DNA of 64,000 nucleotides from NCBI GenBank assembly GCA_964390845.1, contig CAYMIL010000001.1, forward strand, positions 102,326 through 166,325, read 5' to 3'. Below are positions 19,870-29,762 of this stretch, one piece after another. Made by a program: the position numbers and the translations under genes. Under the pieces are notes generated by a model, which made no database searches, was not told the origin of the DNA, and saw nothing but the letters and a program-made list of their open reading frames with translations. The stretch is from an uncultured Candidatus Saccharibacteria bacterium. GTDB lineage: Bacteria > Patescibacteriota > Minisyncoccia > Phycocordibacterales > CALRHW01. How positions within the stretch are numbered: the stretch's first letter is position 1; the number at the start of each line of letters is the position of its first letter.

Positions 19870-20929
19870 CTTCGTTCACGATAAGTACTTCTTTAAACGC
19901 GTCGACGTCTTCGAGAACAATACCTGCGCCGCGAGCCACAGCCGTGAGCGGATCTTCTGCGATATAGACTGGCATCTTTATACATTCATGCAAGAGCTCG
20001 GCAAGACCTTTTATAAGAGCGCCGCCACCGGCAAGATACACGCCTCGATGCATCACGTCGGCCAAAATTTCTGGAGGTGTTGTCTCGAGTACCTCTCGTA
20101 CCGCTTCAATGAGCGTATCAACAGACTGAGAAATCGCTTCGCGAATATCAGCATCCGTGATAACAACCTCTTTTGGTAGCCCCGTCACCAAATCACGCCC
20201 CTTAATAACAGCCTCCATCGGCGTGCCACTTGGGATGACAGATCCAATCGCTATCTTTACACTCTCAGCCGTCTTTTCACCAATGAGAATTTTAAATTCA
20301 CTTCGGATGTAGGAAATAATATCGTTGTTGAGCTTGTCGCCAGCAATACGAACATTTTTAGAACGGACAACACCGCCGAGAGAAATAACGGCAATATCCG
20401 TGGTGCCGCCACCAATATCAATAATCATACTGCCGACAGGATCCATCACCGGTAGACGAATACCGATAGCCGCCGCAACAGGCTCCTCGATAATGTGCAC
20501 CTCGCGTGCGCCCGCATTGCGCGTCGCGTCACGCACAGCACGCGTCTCAACGTTGGTAATACCAGACGGCACACCCACGACCACACGTGGACCAAAAAAC
20601 TTTTTACTATCTTTTTGTGCGCTATTGAGCAAATATGTAATCATCTCTTCGGTTACTTCAAAATCTGAAATAACACCATCGACGAGTGGTCGCACCGCGA
20701 CGATGTGTCCCGGCGTGCGGCCAAGCATCTGCTTTGCCTGATTGCCAATAGCAACAACACGACCAGTTTTTTGATTTACCGCAACGACAGAAGGCTCATT
20801 GATAACAACACCGCGTCCCTTTACATACACAAGTGTGTTGGCGGTTCCCAAATCAATACCAATATCATTGGAAAAGAGCGTATAGAAATACTCTATCTTT
20901 TTTTTGAGGCGCCCCCACAAATCTTTCAT
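19847..20929 (-). CDS. mreB: Rod shape-determining protein MreB (actin homolog)
   Basis: IGIDLGTANTLVYV phosphate-1 motif, DIGGGTTD phosphate-2, adenosine motif. Confidence 0.9.
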   Translation of the reverse strand: MKDLWGRLKKKIEYFYTLFSNDIGIDLGTANTLVYVKGRGVVINEPSVVAVNQKTGRVVAIGNQAKQMLGRTPGHIVAVRPLVDGVISDFEVTEEMITYLLNSAQKDSKKFFGPRVVVGVPSGITNVETRAVRDATRNAGAREVHIIEEPVAAAIGIRLPVMDPVGSMIIDIGGGTTDIAVISLGGVVRSKNVRIAGDKLNNDIISYIRSEFKILIGEKTAESVKIAIGSVIPSGTPMEAVIKGRDLVTGLPKEVVITDADIREAISQSVDTLIEAVREVLETTPPEILADVMHRGVYLAGGGALIKGLAELLHECIKMPVYIAEDPLTAVARGAGIVLEDVDAFKEVLIVNEDELPPSK

Positions 20930-20938
20930 AAGTAATAT

Positions 20939-22231
20939 TTAAAACTTTCCAGCCTTTACATCTTGTATGGAAATCATATCAGTCTTTCCTGTTGCACGTA
21001 CCTTGACCTCAACACTATTCTGTGCGAGCGTTTTTTCACTAACAACAAGCCGGTATGGAATACCAATAAGATCGGCATCTGCAAACTTTTCACCCGCGCG
21101 CGCATCGCGATCGTCCATAAGTGCCTCCACGCCATCTTTTTTCATCGCCTCATAGATATCATCCGCTACTGCGCGCACTTCTGGGCTATCGCCAACAAGA
21201 ATAATATGCGCATGAAATGGCGCGACAGACATCGGCCACACAAGCCCAGCATCGTCGGAAAGCACTTCTGCAATCGTACCCATCAGGCGGCCGATGCCGA
21301 TGCCATAGCTACCCATAATAACCGACTGAGGCTTCCCCGCTTCGTCCAAATATGTAAGCTCAAGTGACCCAGAGAACTTCGTGCCGAGCGGGAAAATATT
21401 GCCGACTTCAATCGACTTCTTTTCAACAAGATCCGCATTACCACATGCTGGGCAAGCACCGTGTTTGCCGTCTTCGCCACCCACGCTGTACATTTCTTTA
21501 TTAATCGCCATCTTACACGCTTCGCATACATAGATAGTGTCCTCACCAGCATCAGTAATAGTCTGAAATTCGTGTGATTCTTTACTGAAACTACCTCCAG
21601 ACGCAAGGGTAAAATACGTATGCGCACCGAGGCCAACATCATTGAAAATACGCGTATACGCATCTTTCACTTTTGCATAAAATGCGACATGCTCTTCTTC
21701 GTCGCGTGAAAAAGAGTAGAGATCTTTCATCAAAAATTCTCGACCGCGGAGAATGCCGCTTTTTGCACGCGTTTCGTTGCGAAATTTCGTCTGGAACTGA
21801 TAGACATAACGAGGCACATCACGATATGAGCGAATATGATCGCGCATGAGTGCGGTGAGCGGTTCTTCGTGCGTTGTTGCAAGACCAAGCTCTGTGCCAT
21901 TTTTCAAATTTGTTTTGAACCACACATCGAGCACTTCGTCACTCCAACGGCCAGTCTTTTCCCACGGCGCTTTGTCCTGAAGCGCCGCAAGCGACACTTC
22001 CTGACCGCCGAGTGCATTCATTTCTTTGCGGACAATCTTTGTGATTTTTTCTACAACACGAGCACCGAGCGGTAGGAGCGAATACACACCTGCCATGTTT
22101 TTATGAATAAATCCCGCGCGGATTAAAAGCTGTGCGTTCTTCGCAAGCTCATCTTTTGGCGCCTCCTTTCGCGTTTTCGTGAACAATTGTGATTGCAACA
22201 TTGACTGAATAGTATCATTAAACCACTTCAC
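20939..22231 (-). CDS. proS: Prolyl-tRNA synthetase (short form lacking editing insertion)
   Basis: 430 aa. Class II motifs (FRNE...RGREF, GSYGIGIGRLM) and C-terminal anticodon-binding domain. Assignment to Pro rests on overall architecture. Confidence 0.7.
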   Translation of the reverse strand: MKWFNDTIQSMLQSQLFTKTRKEAPKDELAKNAQLLIRAGFIHKNMAGVYSLLPLGARVVEKITKIVRKEMNALGGQEVSLAALQDKAPWEKTGRWSDEVLDVWFKTNLKNGTELGLATTHEEPLTALMRDHIRSYRDVPRYVYQFQTKFRNETRAKSGILRGREFLMKDLYSFSRDEEEHVAFYAKVKDAYTRIFNDVGLGAHTYFTLASGGSFSKESHEFQTITDAGEDTIYVCEACKMAINKEMYSVGGEDGKHGACPACGNADLVEKKSIEVGNIFPLGTKFSGSLELTYLDEAGKPQSVIMGSYGIGIGRLMGTIAEVLSDDAGLVWPMSVAPFHAHIILVGDSPEVRAVADDIYEAMKKDGVEALMDDRDARAGEKFADADLIGIPYRLVVSEKTLAQNSVEVKVRATGKTDMISIQDVKAGKF

Positions 22232-22314
22232 AAAACAACTTCACAAAAATACCCCTCGATGTGCGCATAAAGATACCGCCGCATCCCAGAGGGACACGGC
22301 GGCGAATGGCTGAA

Positions 22315-22644
22315 TCAGCGAAACGACAGGACGGGATTACACACCGTCTGCCCAGTGCTAGGGTCGAATGTGGCGGCATAGTCGGGCCCATCTTCCCCAA
22401 TCTGGATGTCGAACTTCGTTACGGCCTCATCGCTCGAAACCCGGATATACACGCCCCGATCCCAGTTACCTGACTGATCCTTGAGAGAGATTCTGCCGAT
22501 AAGGCAGGGTGTTCCGTTTGGATCGAAAGTCAGTTCATCAATCGAGAACCCTGACACCTCCCGAAGGTTAACCCCGAGAGCAGACCTGAGCCTTTCACAC
22601 ATCAGGAACTGCTTTTTGTTGATGGCGACACCTGTGTTTGCCAT
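22315..22644 (-). CDS. Hypothetical protein (GC-rich insert between proS and rseP)
   Basis: 109 aa ORF in a locally GC-rich segment. No motifs recognised. Confidence 0.35.
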   Translation of the reverse strand: MANTGVAINKKQFLMCERLRSALGVNLREVSGFSIDELTFDPNGTPCLIGRISLKDQSGNWDRGVYIRVSSDEAVTKFDIQIGEDGPDYAATFDPSTGQTVCNPVLSFR

Positions 22645-22755
22645 AGAGACTCCTTGTTTCGTTCGAGAGAAGAAGCCGAGGAAACATTCCTAGGCAACAT
22701 TCTGAGCTCTTTATAGCATGGCACATGTACAGTGACAATGATGTTTTTCTCTTAC

Positions 22756-23853
22756 TTAAAACAACTTCACAATGTCGTGGAATGTTACCACTACCATCAA
22801 GACCAAGAGAAGAACGAAGCCGATACCATTAAACGCATTTGAGACTTTTGGACTAATAGGCTTACGACGCACCGCCTCGATTGCCACAAACAGCAAACGA
22901 CCACCGTCGAGCGCTGGAAACGGGATCATGTTGATTACCGCCAAATTGATAGAAATAAATGCTGTAAATGAAATGAGGTGCACAAACCCAAGACGAGTGG
23001 CATCACCAACCATACTTACAATACCAACAGGACCAGTCACCTGAGAAAAATCACCTTGTCCAACAACTGCATGAAATAGGAATGTTACGAGCCCGACAGT
23101 GACGGTACCAATGAGTGTTACGACAGTTTTGCCCGCCTCCCAGAGTGCGAGATGCATTGGCAGTCTCAGCGTACCGATAGTATCCATAGAAATACCGATT
23201 GCCTTTTTGCCTTCAATAATCCCAGTAGATGGCACCACTGCAGACTCTATTGTTTCTGCCCCACGAGCAACCTGAAGAACAATCGATGCATCGCCATGCG
23301 CTTGAATAAACTCGGACACGGTGTCCGGCGTAACAGAAGGCACGGCTTCACCTTTTTCAGAACGAACAGAAACAATAGCATCTCCAGCACTCAAACCGGC
23401 GTGAGATGCGGGAGAATCTTGAGCAACACTGACGATAACAACTCGAGCATTCTGCACCCCCCCCGCTCCCGCATAGCCCGCAGGCGTTGGAAGGCCAATC
23501 ATAAAACCAAGGGCAATAATGAGCCATGCAAAGATGACATTAAAACTTACACCCGCGATAAGCACAAGCGCCTGAATCCAGCGTGGTTTTCGAGCAAAAC
23601 TGCGACCACTCTCAGGCCCGTCGAGAGATTCCTCGTCTGGGTTTTCACCAAAAATTTTAACAAACCCTCCCGCAGGAATCGCGTTGAGGGTAAAGTCTGT
23701 CTCACGCCATCTAAAAAGACGCGCAATACGCGGAGGAAATCCGATACCAAACTCGCTCACCTTTATCCCTGATTTTATTGCAACAATAAAATGACCGAAC
23801 TCATGTACCAAAATAAGTATCGCGAGTATGATGACAAAAATAAGTACAGACAT
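22756..23853 (-). CDS. rseP: RIP metalloprotease RseP (site-2 protease, M50) with PDZ domain
   Basis: HEFGHF zinc-binding motif, multiple TM segments, central PDZ, LDGG motif. Confidence 0.85.
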   Translation of the reverse strand: MSVLIFVIILAILILVHEFGHFIVAIKSGIKVSEFGIGFPPRIARLFRWRETDFTLNAIPAGGFVKIFGENPDEESLDGPESGRSFARKPRWIQALVLIAGVSFNVIFAWLIIALGFMIGLPTPAGYAGAGGVQNARVVIVSVAQDSPASHAGLSAGDAIVSVRSEKGEAVPSVTPDTVSEFIQAHGDASIVLQVARGAETIESAVVPSTGIIEGKKAIGISMDTIGTLRLPMHLALWEAGKTVVTLIGTVTVGLVTFLFHAVVGQGDFSQVTGPVGIVSMVGDATRLGFVHLISFTAFISINLAVINMIPFPALDGGRLLFVAIEAVRRKPISPKVSNAFNGIGFVLLLVLMVVVTFHDIVKLF

Positions 23854-23865
23854 AGCGACGGAGCT

Positions 23866-24417
23866 TTAGCTCATTATTTCTTTCTCTTTTGATTCTGTAA
23901 GCGCTTCGAGTTTCTTGTTTGTTTCATCAACAAGTTTTTGCATTTCGTTTTTTAGGCGAAACTTTTCATCTTCACCCATACCACCCTGCTTCTCACGAGC
24001 CTGTATGTCCTCCCACACCTTTTCGCGTTCTGTACGGAGCGCAACGCGTGCCTCTTCGAGCTTCTGCTTTGCCATTTTTACAAACGACACCCTACTCTCT
24101 GTGGTGAGCTCTGGAAATGTAACTCGAAGACCCTTGTCGTCTACAGACACAGACAGTCCGAGGTTTGATGTGATAATCGCCTTTTCTATTGCCTTAATTT
24201 GTGAAGAATCCCATGGGGCGATACGCAAACTTCGTGGACCCTCAAGCGCAACACTCCCCACCTGACTTACCGGCATTCTAGTACCGTATGATTCGACAAA
24301 CACACCGTCGAGTATCGCAGGGGTTGCCCGACCTGTTCGAATAGAACCAAACTCTTTCTGAAGCCACTCTTCAACTTGCTTTGTATTTCGTTTAAATGGT
24401 GAAAAATCGTATGCCAT
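23866..24417 (-). CDS. frr: Ribosome recycling factor
   Basis: 183 aa. Typical RRF N- and C-terminal helices (…VDDKGLRVTFPELTTESR…). Confidence 0.9.
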   Translation of the reverse strand: MAYDFSPFKRNTKQVEEWLQKEFGSIRTGRATPAILDGVFVESYGTRMPVSQVGSVALEGPRSLRIAPWDSSQIKAIEKAIITSNLGLSVSVDDKGLRVTFPELTTESRVSFVKMAKQKLEEARVALRTEREKVWEDIQAREKQGGMGEDEKFRLKNEMQKLVDETNKKLEALTESKEKEIMS

Positions 24418-24445
24418 ATGGCGTTGATTGTAGCAGAAAAATTTT

Positions 24446-25156
24446 CTATTCGCGAGTGCGTGAGCGGGCGCTTATGTTGGGTAGTGTAAGTGAGAGATGT
24501 TCGAGTATCATTTTAACCGACGAAGACTTGTCAGACAGATACCTGCGACACTGTTCAACATCTGCAAGTATCCGCGCGTATGATGCGTCACTACGATCCC
24601 ACAGCGTATACAGATGCCGTAGAAGCGCATCCACTACCCCACGCGCACCCTGTCGGTCTTTTGATTCGACAATATCCTCACACAAAGACAGACGTCGTGC
24701 GGGTGATACAGAAAGAAATTTTTGTACATCAAAGCCCGTCTGCGTCTTGTTTCCATGATGTGCCAACATACAGACGCGAGAATGAACCGTCGGCAACAAC
24801 ATATCTGCAGAAGGTACCAACAAAAAGAAATGTGTCCCCTCGGTCGGCTCCTCAAACACCTTAAGCAGGGCATTTTGCGCCTCCACTGTTATCGCATTAC
24901 ACGAAATCACAAACACCTTCATACCCGCCTCACCAAACGCTCGTTTAAGCTGGAGTTCTTTAAGAAATCTACCGTCATCGATACCAAATGAATCGTACGC
25001 TATACGCACAAAATCTGGGTTGCCTTGCGTGGAGAAACCCACCTGCGCTTCAAAAAAAGCTCGCAGTGCATCGTGAGCACTCTCAATATCACCTTCCACC
25101 ACGTATGCATGATGAAGCGTGCCCGTGTGTGCGTATGCCGTGATCAACTCATTCAT
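24446..25156 (-). CDS. holB: DNA polymerase III delta-prime-like clamp loader subunit (short)
   Basis: 236 aa. HAYVVEG N-terminal motif without intact P-loop, and NALLKVFEEP (the LLKTLEEP clamp-loader motif). Confidence 0.55.
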   Translation of the reverse strand: MNELITAYAHTGTLHHAYVVEGDIESAHDALRAFFEAQVGFSTQGNPDFVRIAYDSFGIDDGRFLKELQLKRAFGEAGMKVFVISCNAITVEAQNALLKVFEEPTEGTHFFLLVPSADMLLPTVHSRVCMLAHHGNKTQTGFDVQKFLSVSPARRLSLCEDIVESKDRQGARGVVDALLRHLYTLWDRSDASYARILADVEQCRRYLSDKSSSVKMILEHLSLTLPNISARSRTRE

Positions 25157-26169
25157 TATCGTTTTGCGATAATACTCTTTTTATAAACATCAAGATGGTC
25201 GAGTGCGATACCAGTACCCTTCACTACACAGTAGAGTGCGTCTTCGGCCAATGTTGCCTTTACACCCGTGCGGCGATAGATCAAATCGGGAAGGTTTCGT
25301 AGCTGTGATGAGCCACCTGTCATGATAATGCCATTGTCAATAATATCTGAGGCAAGCTCTGGTGGCGTGTCCTGAAATACATCTTTAATCGCCTTTACCA
25401 TTTCACGAAGTTCTTTACTAATAGCCTTTACGACCTCGTTTGTCTTTATTTCAACTGAGCGCGGTAAGCCGGTTACAAAATCGCGACCCTTAATAGTGAT
25501 AGCGAGCTCTTCATCAAGAGGAATCGCTGAACCAACTTTTATTTTTATATCTTCTGCTGTTTTGTCGCCAATACCGAGATTGTATTGCTTCTTTATGTAA
25601 TCAGTAATTGCATAGTCTATCTTGTTGCCCGCGCACTTCACAGATGTCGCCGCAACAATACCGCCAAGTGAGATGACGGCAACATCCGTGGTGCCGCCAC
25701 CGATATCAACAATCATGTGTCCCATTGCCTCATGGATCGGAATACCGGCGCCAATCGCCGCAAGAATAGGCTCCTTCACAACATACGCATTTTTTGCGCC
25801 AGCACGAACAGCCGCCTCCACAACAGCACGGCGCTCTGTCGAAGTAACACCCGCCGGCACAGAGACAAGTACTTCAGGCTTTGAGATATTCCATTTTCCA
25901 AGCGCTTTGTTGATGTAATAGCGAAGCATTGCTTCGGTGACACGATAATCCGCAATAACACCATCGCGCATTGGTCGATATGCGATGATACTGTCTGGTG
26001 TACGACCAATCATGCTTTTTGCCTCAAGACCGATTGCCATGATTCGGTTATCTTCTTCGGACACCGCGACCACAGAAGGTTCGTTGAGAACAATGCCTTG
26101 CCCAGGCACATATACAAGTGTGCTTGTCGTTCCCAAATCAATACCAAGTTTTTTAGAGAAAAACCCCAT
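25156..26169 (-). CDS. MreB-like actin homolog, second paralog (Mbl-like)
   Basis: Start at the internal Met (MGFFSKKLGIDLGTTSTLVYV), which has an AGGTG RBS. DIGGGTTD motif. The 120-aa N-terminal extension of the raw ORF is rejected. Confidence 0.85.
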   Translation of the reverse strand: MGFFSKKLGIDLGTTSTLVYVPGQGIVLNEPSVVAVSEEDNRIMAIGLEAKSMIGRTPDSIIAYRPMRDGVIADYRVTEAMLRYYINKALGKWNISKPEVLVSVPAGVTSTERRAVVEAAVRAGAKNAYVVKEPILAAIGAGIPIHEAMGHMIVDIGGGTTDVAVISLGGIVAATSVKCAGNKIDYAITDYIKKQYNLGIGDKTAEDIKIKVGSAIPLDEELAITIKGRDFVTGLPRSVEIKTNEVVKAISKELREMVKAIKDVFQDTPPELASDIIDNGIIMTGGSSQLRNLPDLIYRRTGVKATLAEDALYCVVKGTGIALDHLDVYKKSIIAKR

Positions 26170-26229
26170 AGGTGCACCTATCATACGGCCTTTTGTGCCG
26201 AGACACAACACTATCCACAGTTTGAATAT

Positions 26230-26249
26230 ATATAGCATATATGCTATAT
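26230..26249. promoter_or_regulatory. Perfect 20-bp AT-rich palindrome (ATATAGCATATATGCTATAT) in the divergent intergenic region, candidate operator
   Basis: Seen directly. Lies 30 bp upstream of a gene whose product begins with an XRE-type HTH domain. Confidence 0.45.
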
Positions 26250-26280
26250 TACTATCCATTACATAGTAGTCGTATACGCC

Positions 26281-27813
26281 ATGGCACAACGCGCACCAAA
26301 GCCACAAACGGGTTCCGCATCTATTGGAAAAATGATACAGACACTGCGAGAAAAACGTGGTATCACCCAAGAGGAGTTTGCAAAACAGCTCAACACCACT
26401 CAGAGCGCTATTGCGCGCATCGAAAAAGGTGAGCAGAACCTTACGACAGAAATGATTGCAAAAATTAGCAAGGTACTCAACCACGATCTTGTGCGTGTTT
26501 CTACGGGCGCGATCAATGTTGAGATTCATGGTGGCAAACCACTCTCTGGAACCATCGTTACCAAAACATCAAAAAATGGAGCGATGGGTCTTTTGTGCGC
26601 CTCTCTTCTCAACAAAAACACGACACTCCTTAAGAATGTTCCGAAAATTGAAGAAGTGCACCGCATGATAGAAGTCTTTCAGAGTATCGGCGTTCATGTC
26701 GCGTGGAAAGGTAATGACGTAGAAATCAAACCACCAGCAAAACTTTCACTCTCTTCTATCAATGTTGCGGCGGCAGAAAAGACCCGAAGCATCATCATGC
26801 TCATTGGTCCCCTTATTCACCTTCTACAGTCCTTTTCTCTCCCCCAGCCTGGCGGTTGCAAACTCGGCTCTCGTACTGTCCGTCCACATTTTTTTGCACT
26901 CGAAAAACTTGGCGTAAAGATAAAAACCACATCAGATGCATACGAGGTAAAAGCATCAAAGCTCAAAGCACACGATATTGTGCTCTATGAAAGTGGCGAC
27001 ACCGTCACCGAAAACGTACTCATGGCTGCTGCACGCACAGAAGGCACAACAACGATAAAATTTGCTTCAGCAAACTATATGGGGCAAGAACTCTGCTTTT
27101 TCCTTGAAAAACTTGGTGTAACCGTAGAAGGTATTGGCACCACTACGCTTGTAGTACATGGTAAAAAAAATATCGATGTCCCTGTTACCTACTACCTCAG
27201 CGAAGATCCGATCGAATCAATGTTCTTTATCGCTGTCGCAATCGTTACAAACTCTTCTATTACTATTGAGCGTTGCCCTATCGATTTCCTCGAAATTGAA
27301 TTGCTCAAGCTTGAAAAAATGGGCTTCAAGTACAAAATTCTCAAGCGATATAAAGCGGACAACGGACACACCAATCTTGTCGACATCAAAACCCTACCAT
27401 CAAAACTAAAAGCACTCGAAGAAAAAATCGAATGCCGGCCCTATCCAGGTCTCAATATAGACAACTTGCCATTCTTCGCGGTCATCGCAACACAAGCAAA
27501 AGGAACAACCTTCCTTCACGACTGGGTATACGAAAAGCGCGCGATTCACTACAAAGAGCTCGACAAGCTCGGTGCCGACACACTCCTTGCCGACCCGCAC
27601 CGTATGTACATCACCGGCCCCACAAAGCTCAAGCCTGCAGAAATCATCTGTCCACCAGCCCTCCGCCCTGCAGCTATCATTCTTATTGGTATGCTTGGAG
27701 CACACGGACGCTCTGTTCTTCGCAACATCTACAGTATCAACCGTGGCTACGAAGACATCATTGCTCGCCTTGAAAGTATCGGTGCGGATATCAAGATATT
27801 GCGAGAGCTGTAA
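26281..27813 (+). CDS. murA: Fusion protein: N-terminal XRE-family HTH domain + UDP-N-acetylglucosamine 1-carboxyvinyltransferase (MurA)
   Basis: Residues ~15-70 form an HTH_XRE (IQTLREKRGITQEEFAKQLNTTQSAIARIEKGEQN). The remainder aligns along MurA, including catalytic Cys (LPQPGGCKLGSR) and C-terminus IYSINRGYEDIIARLESIGADI. Confidence 0.8.
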   Translation: MAQRAPKPQTGSASIGKMIQTLREKRGITQEEFAKQLNTTQSAIARIEKGEQNLTTEMIAKISKVLNHDLVRVSTGAINVEIHGGKPLSGTIVTKTSKNGAMGLLCASLLNKNTTLLKNVPKIEEVHRMIEVFQSIGVHVAWKGNDVEIKPPAKLSLSSINVAAAEKTRSIIMLIGPLIHLLQSFSLPQPGGCKLGSRTVRPHFFALEKLGVKIKTTSDAYEVKASKLKAHDIVLYESGDTVTENVLMAAARTEGTTTIKFASANYMGQELCFFLEKLGVTVEGIGTTTLVVHGKKNIDVPVTYYLSEDPIESMFFIAVAIVTNSSITIERCPIDFLEIELLKLEKMGFKYKILKRYKADNGHTNLVDIKTLPSKLKALEEKIECRPYPGLNIDNLPFFAVIATQAKGTTFLHDWVYEKRAIHYKELDKLGADTLLADPHRMYITGPTKLKPAEIICPPALRPAAIILIGMLGAHGRSVLRNIYSINRGYEDIIARLESIGADIKILREL

Positions 27814-27825
27814 TAATCGTTAGTA

Positions 27826-29736
27826 TTGAGGGTAATGAAAGTCATCCACGTCATACCCATTTCTAGAGGCATTCTCATGGAGCGCCTCTCATACTTCACA
27901 TCTACCGACGTTCCCGCCGGTACGATGGTTGTCGTACCATTGCGGAAAAAAAGCATCCGCGCGATAGTTGTCCAATCCGAAGATGTGAGCACAGCAAAGT
28001 CTGAAATAAAATCATCTACATTTTCATTGCGAAAAATGGAGCACGTTGAAGCGCACCAATTTCTCTCTCCAGAGTTTATGGCGAGTGCTGAAGCAATAGC
28101 TGACTATTTTGCTACGACGACTGGTAGCGTGCTCGGCGCAATGATCCCGAAAGCAATCCTCGACCCCGCAGCAGAATTAATTTCCGAACTTCCAGATACT
28201 GTTGTGCGTCCACACACGTCAGAACAACTTGTTCTCCAAGCAGATGACGAGGAACGCTTCTCAGACTACAAAAGCCTTATCCGCGAAGAATTCGCTCGCG
28301 GATTTTCAGTCTTTCTCTGTGTTCCTACAATAGAAGACGCGAAGCGCGCACGAGGCGCACTTGAAAAAGGTATCGAGCAGTATACGTTTTTACTTCACAG
28401 TAGTCTCAAGAAAAAAGATGTTGCGGTGGCATGGAACGGCGCCTTACAACAATCTCACCCTGTACTCATCATCGCTACTGCGCAGTTTTTGTGTATACCA
28501 AAGAAAAATATTGGCACCATCATTATAGAAAAAGAAGGGTCCCGAGCATACAAAACACAAACTCGGCCATTTCTCGACGCACGCACCTGTGCGTCGATAT
28601 ATGCAAAAAAAATCAGAGCCCGGCTTCTCATGGGCGACACCCTACTACGCACAGAAACAATGTGGCGGCTCAAAAACGACGAGCTTGTCGAATACTCTCC
28701 TCTCAAATTCAGATCCGCGACATCAGCTTCAGCTATTATTGTCGACACACGAAAAGAGCCTACCTCCGAAGACCAGAAAAAAGAAGTTGCTTTTAGCACG
28801 CTGTCTCCTGAGCTCGGCAAACTTATTGAATGGAATAAGGAACGAAGCGAACACATGTTTATCTTTGGCGTACGAAAAGGATTCGCGCCCCTTACTGTCT
28901 GTGGAGACTGTGGCACTGTTGCCCGATGCACCGTATGCTCAGCGCCTGTTGTACTGCATAGCGGTATCGGAGAAAATTATTTCGAATGCCATACCTGTGG
29001 TAAGCGACGCGGCGCGAAAGAAACGTGTTCTGTCTGCAAAAGTTGGAAGCTTGTCACACTCGGGGTTGGCGTAGAGCTTATCGAGAAAGAACTGAAGCAA
29101 AAATTTCCAGACGTAACAACATTTCGCCTCGATGCCCACTCGGTCACCACACACGCAAAAGCGGTCGATGTCGTCAAAAAATTTTACGCAACACCTGGCA
29201 GTGTGCTTATCGGCACAGAAATGGCACTATCATACCTCGGAGAGCGTATCGAAAACTCAGCAATAGCATCTATCGACCCCCTCTTCTCTCTTCCCGATTT
29301 CCGTATTGGAGAAAAAATATTATCGATTCTCCTCAAAATACGTGCCCTCACAAAAGAAAATTTTGTGATACAAACCCGCGACCCAGAACACGCAATTTTT
29401 ACACACGCTATCAAGGGCAACCTCGTCGACTTTTATCGAGACGAAATAGAAGAGCGCAAAACCTTTGGCTACCCACCGTTTTTTATCTTCATAAAGATTA
29501 CACTCCAAGGAGAAGAACGTGCGGTCCGTTCTGCAATTGAAGAACTTCCACCGCTCTTTGAGCCATACCATACAGATATTTACCCCGCATTCACCTCGAC
29601 TGTAAAAGGTAAGTACGTCATGCACGCATTGATTAAGATTCCACATGGAGAATGGCCCAACAAAGAGGTTGTTGCATCCCTCCGTTCCCTACCACCTCAA
29701 TATATGGTAAAAGTTGACCCCGACAGCATGTTGTAG
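27826..29736 (+). CDS. priA: Primosomal protein N' (PriA)-like, with degenerate helicase motifs
   Basis: 636 aa. PriA N-terminal 3'-DNA-binding domain, Cys-rich zinc-binding region (CGDCGTVARCTVCSAP...CHTCGKRRG...CSVCKS), C-terminal domain. Walker A position reads QADDEERF and DEEH reads IIEKEG. Confidence 0.7.
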   Translation: MRVMKVIHVIPISRGILMERLSYFTSTDVPAGTMVVVPLRKKSIRAIVVQSEDVSTAKSEIKSSTFSLRKMEHVEAHQFLSPEFMASAEAIADYFATTTGSVLGAMIPKAILDPAAELISELPDTVVRPHTSEQLVLQADDEERFSDYKSLIREEFARGFSVFLCVPTIEDAKRARGALEKGIEQYTFLLHSSLKKKDVAVAWNGALQQSHPVLIIATAQFLCIPKKNIGTIIIEKEGSRAYKTQTRPFLDARTCASIYAKKIRARLLMGDTLLRTETMWRLKNDELVEYSPLKFRSATSASAIIVDTRKEPTSEDQKKEVAFSTLSPELGKLIEWNKERSEHMFIFGVRKGFAPLTVCGDCGTVARCTVCSAPVVLHSGIGENYFECHTCGKRRGAKETCSVCKSWKLVTLGVGVELIEKELKQKFPDVTTFRLDAHSVTTHAKAVDVVKKFYATPGSVLIGTEMALSYLGERIENSAIASIDPLFSLPDFRIGEKILSILLKIRALTKENFVIQTRDPEHAIFTHAIKGNLVDFYRDEIEERKTFGYPPFFIFIKITLQGEERAVRSAIEELPPLFEPYHTDIYPAFTSTVKGKYVMHALIKIPHGEWPNKEVVASLRSLPPQYMVKVDPDSML

Positions 29737-29762
29737 TATTTCTAGTATATAATTGACGAATC

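Noticed and set aside
25156-26529. 457-aa ORF giving MreB-like protein a 120-aa Cys-rich N-terminal extension
   Set aside because: The extension has no MreB homology and an implausible composition. The internal ATG at 26169 has an AGGTG RBS and yields a canonical MreB N-terminus.
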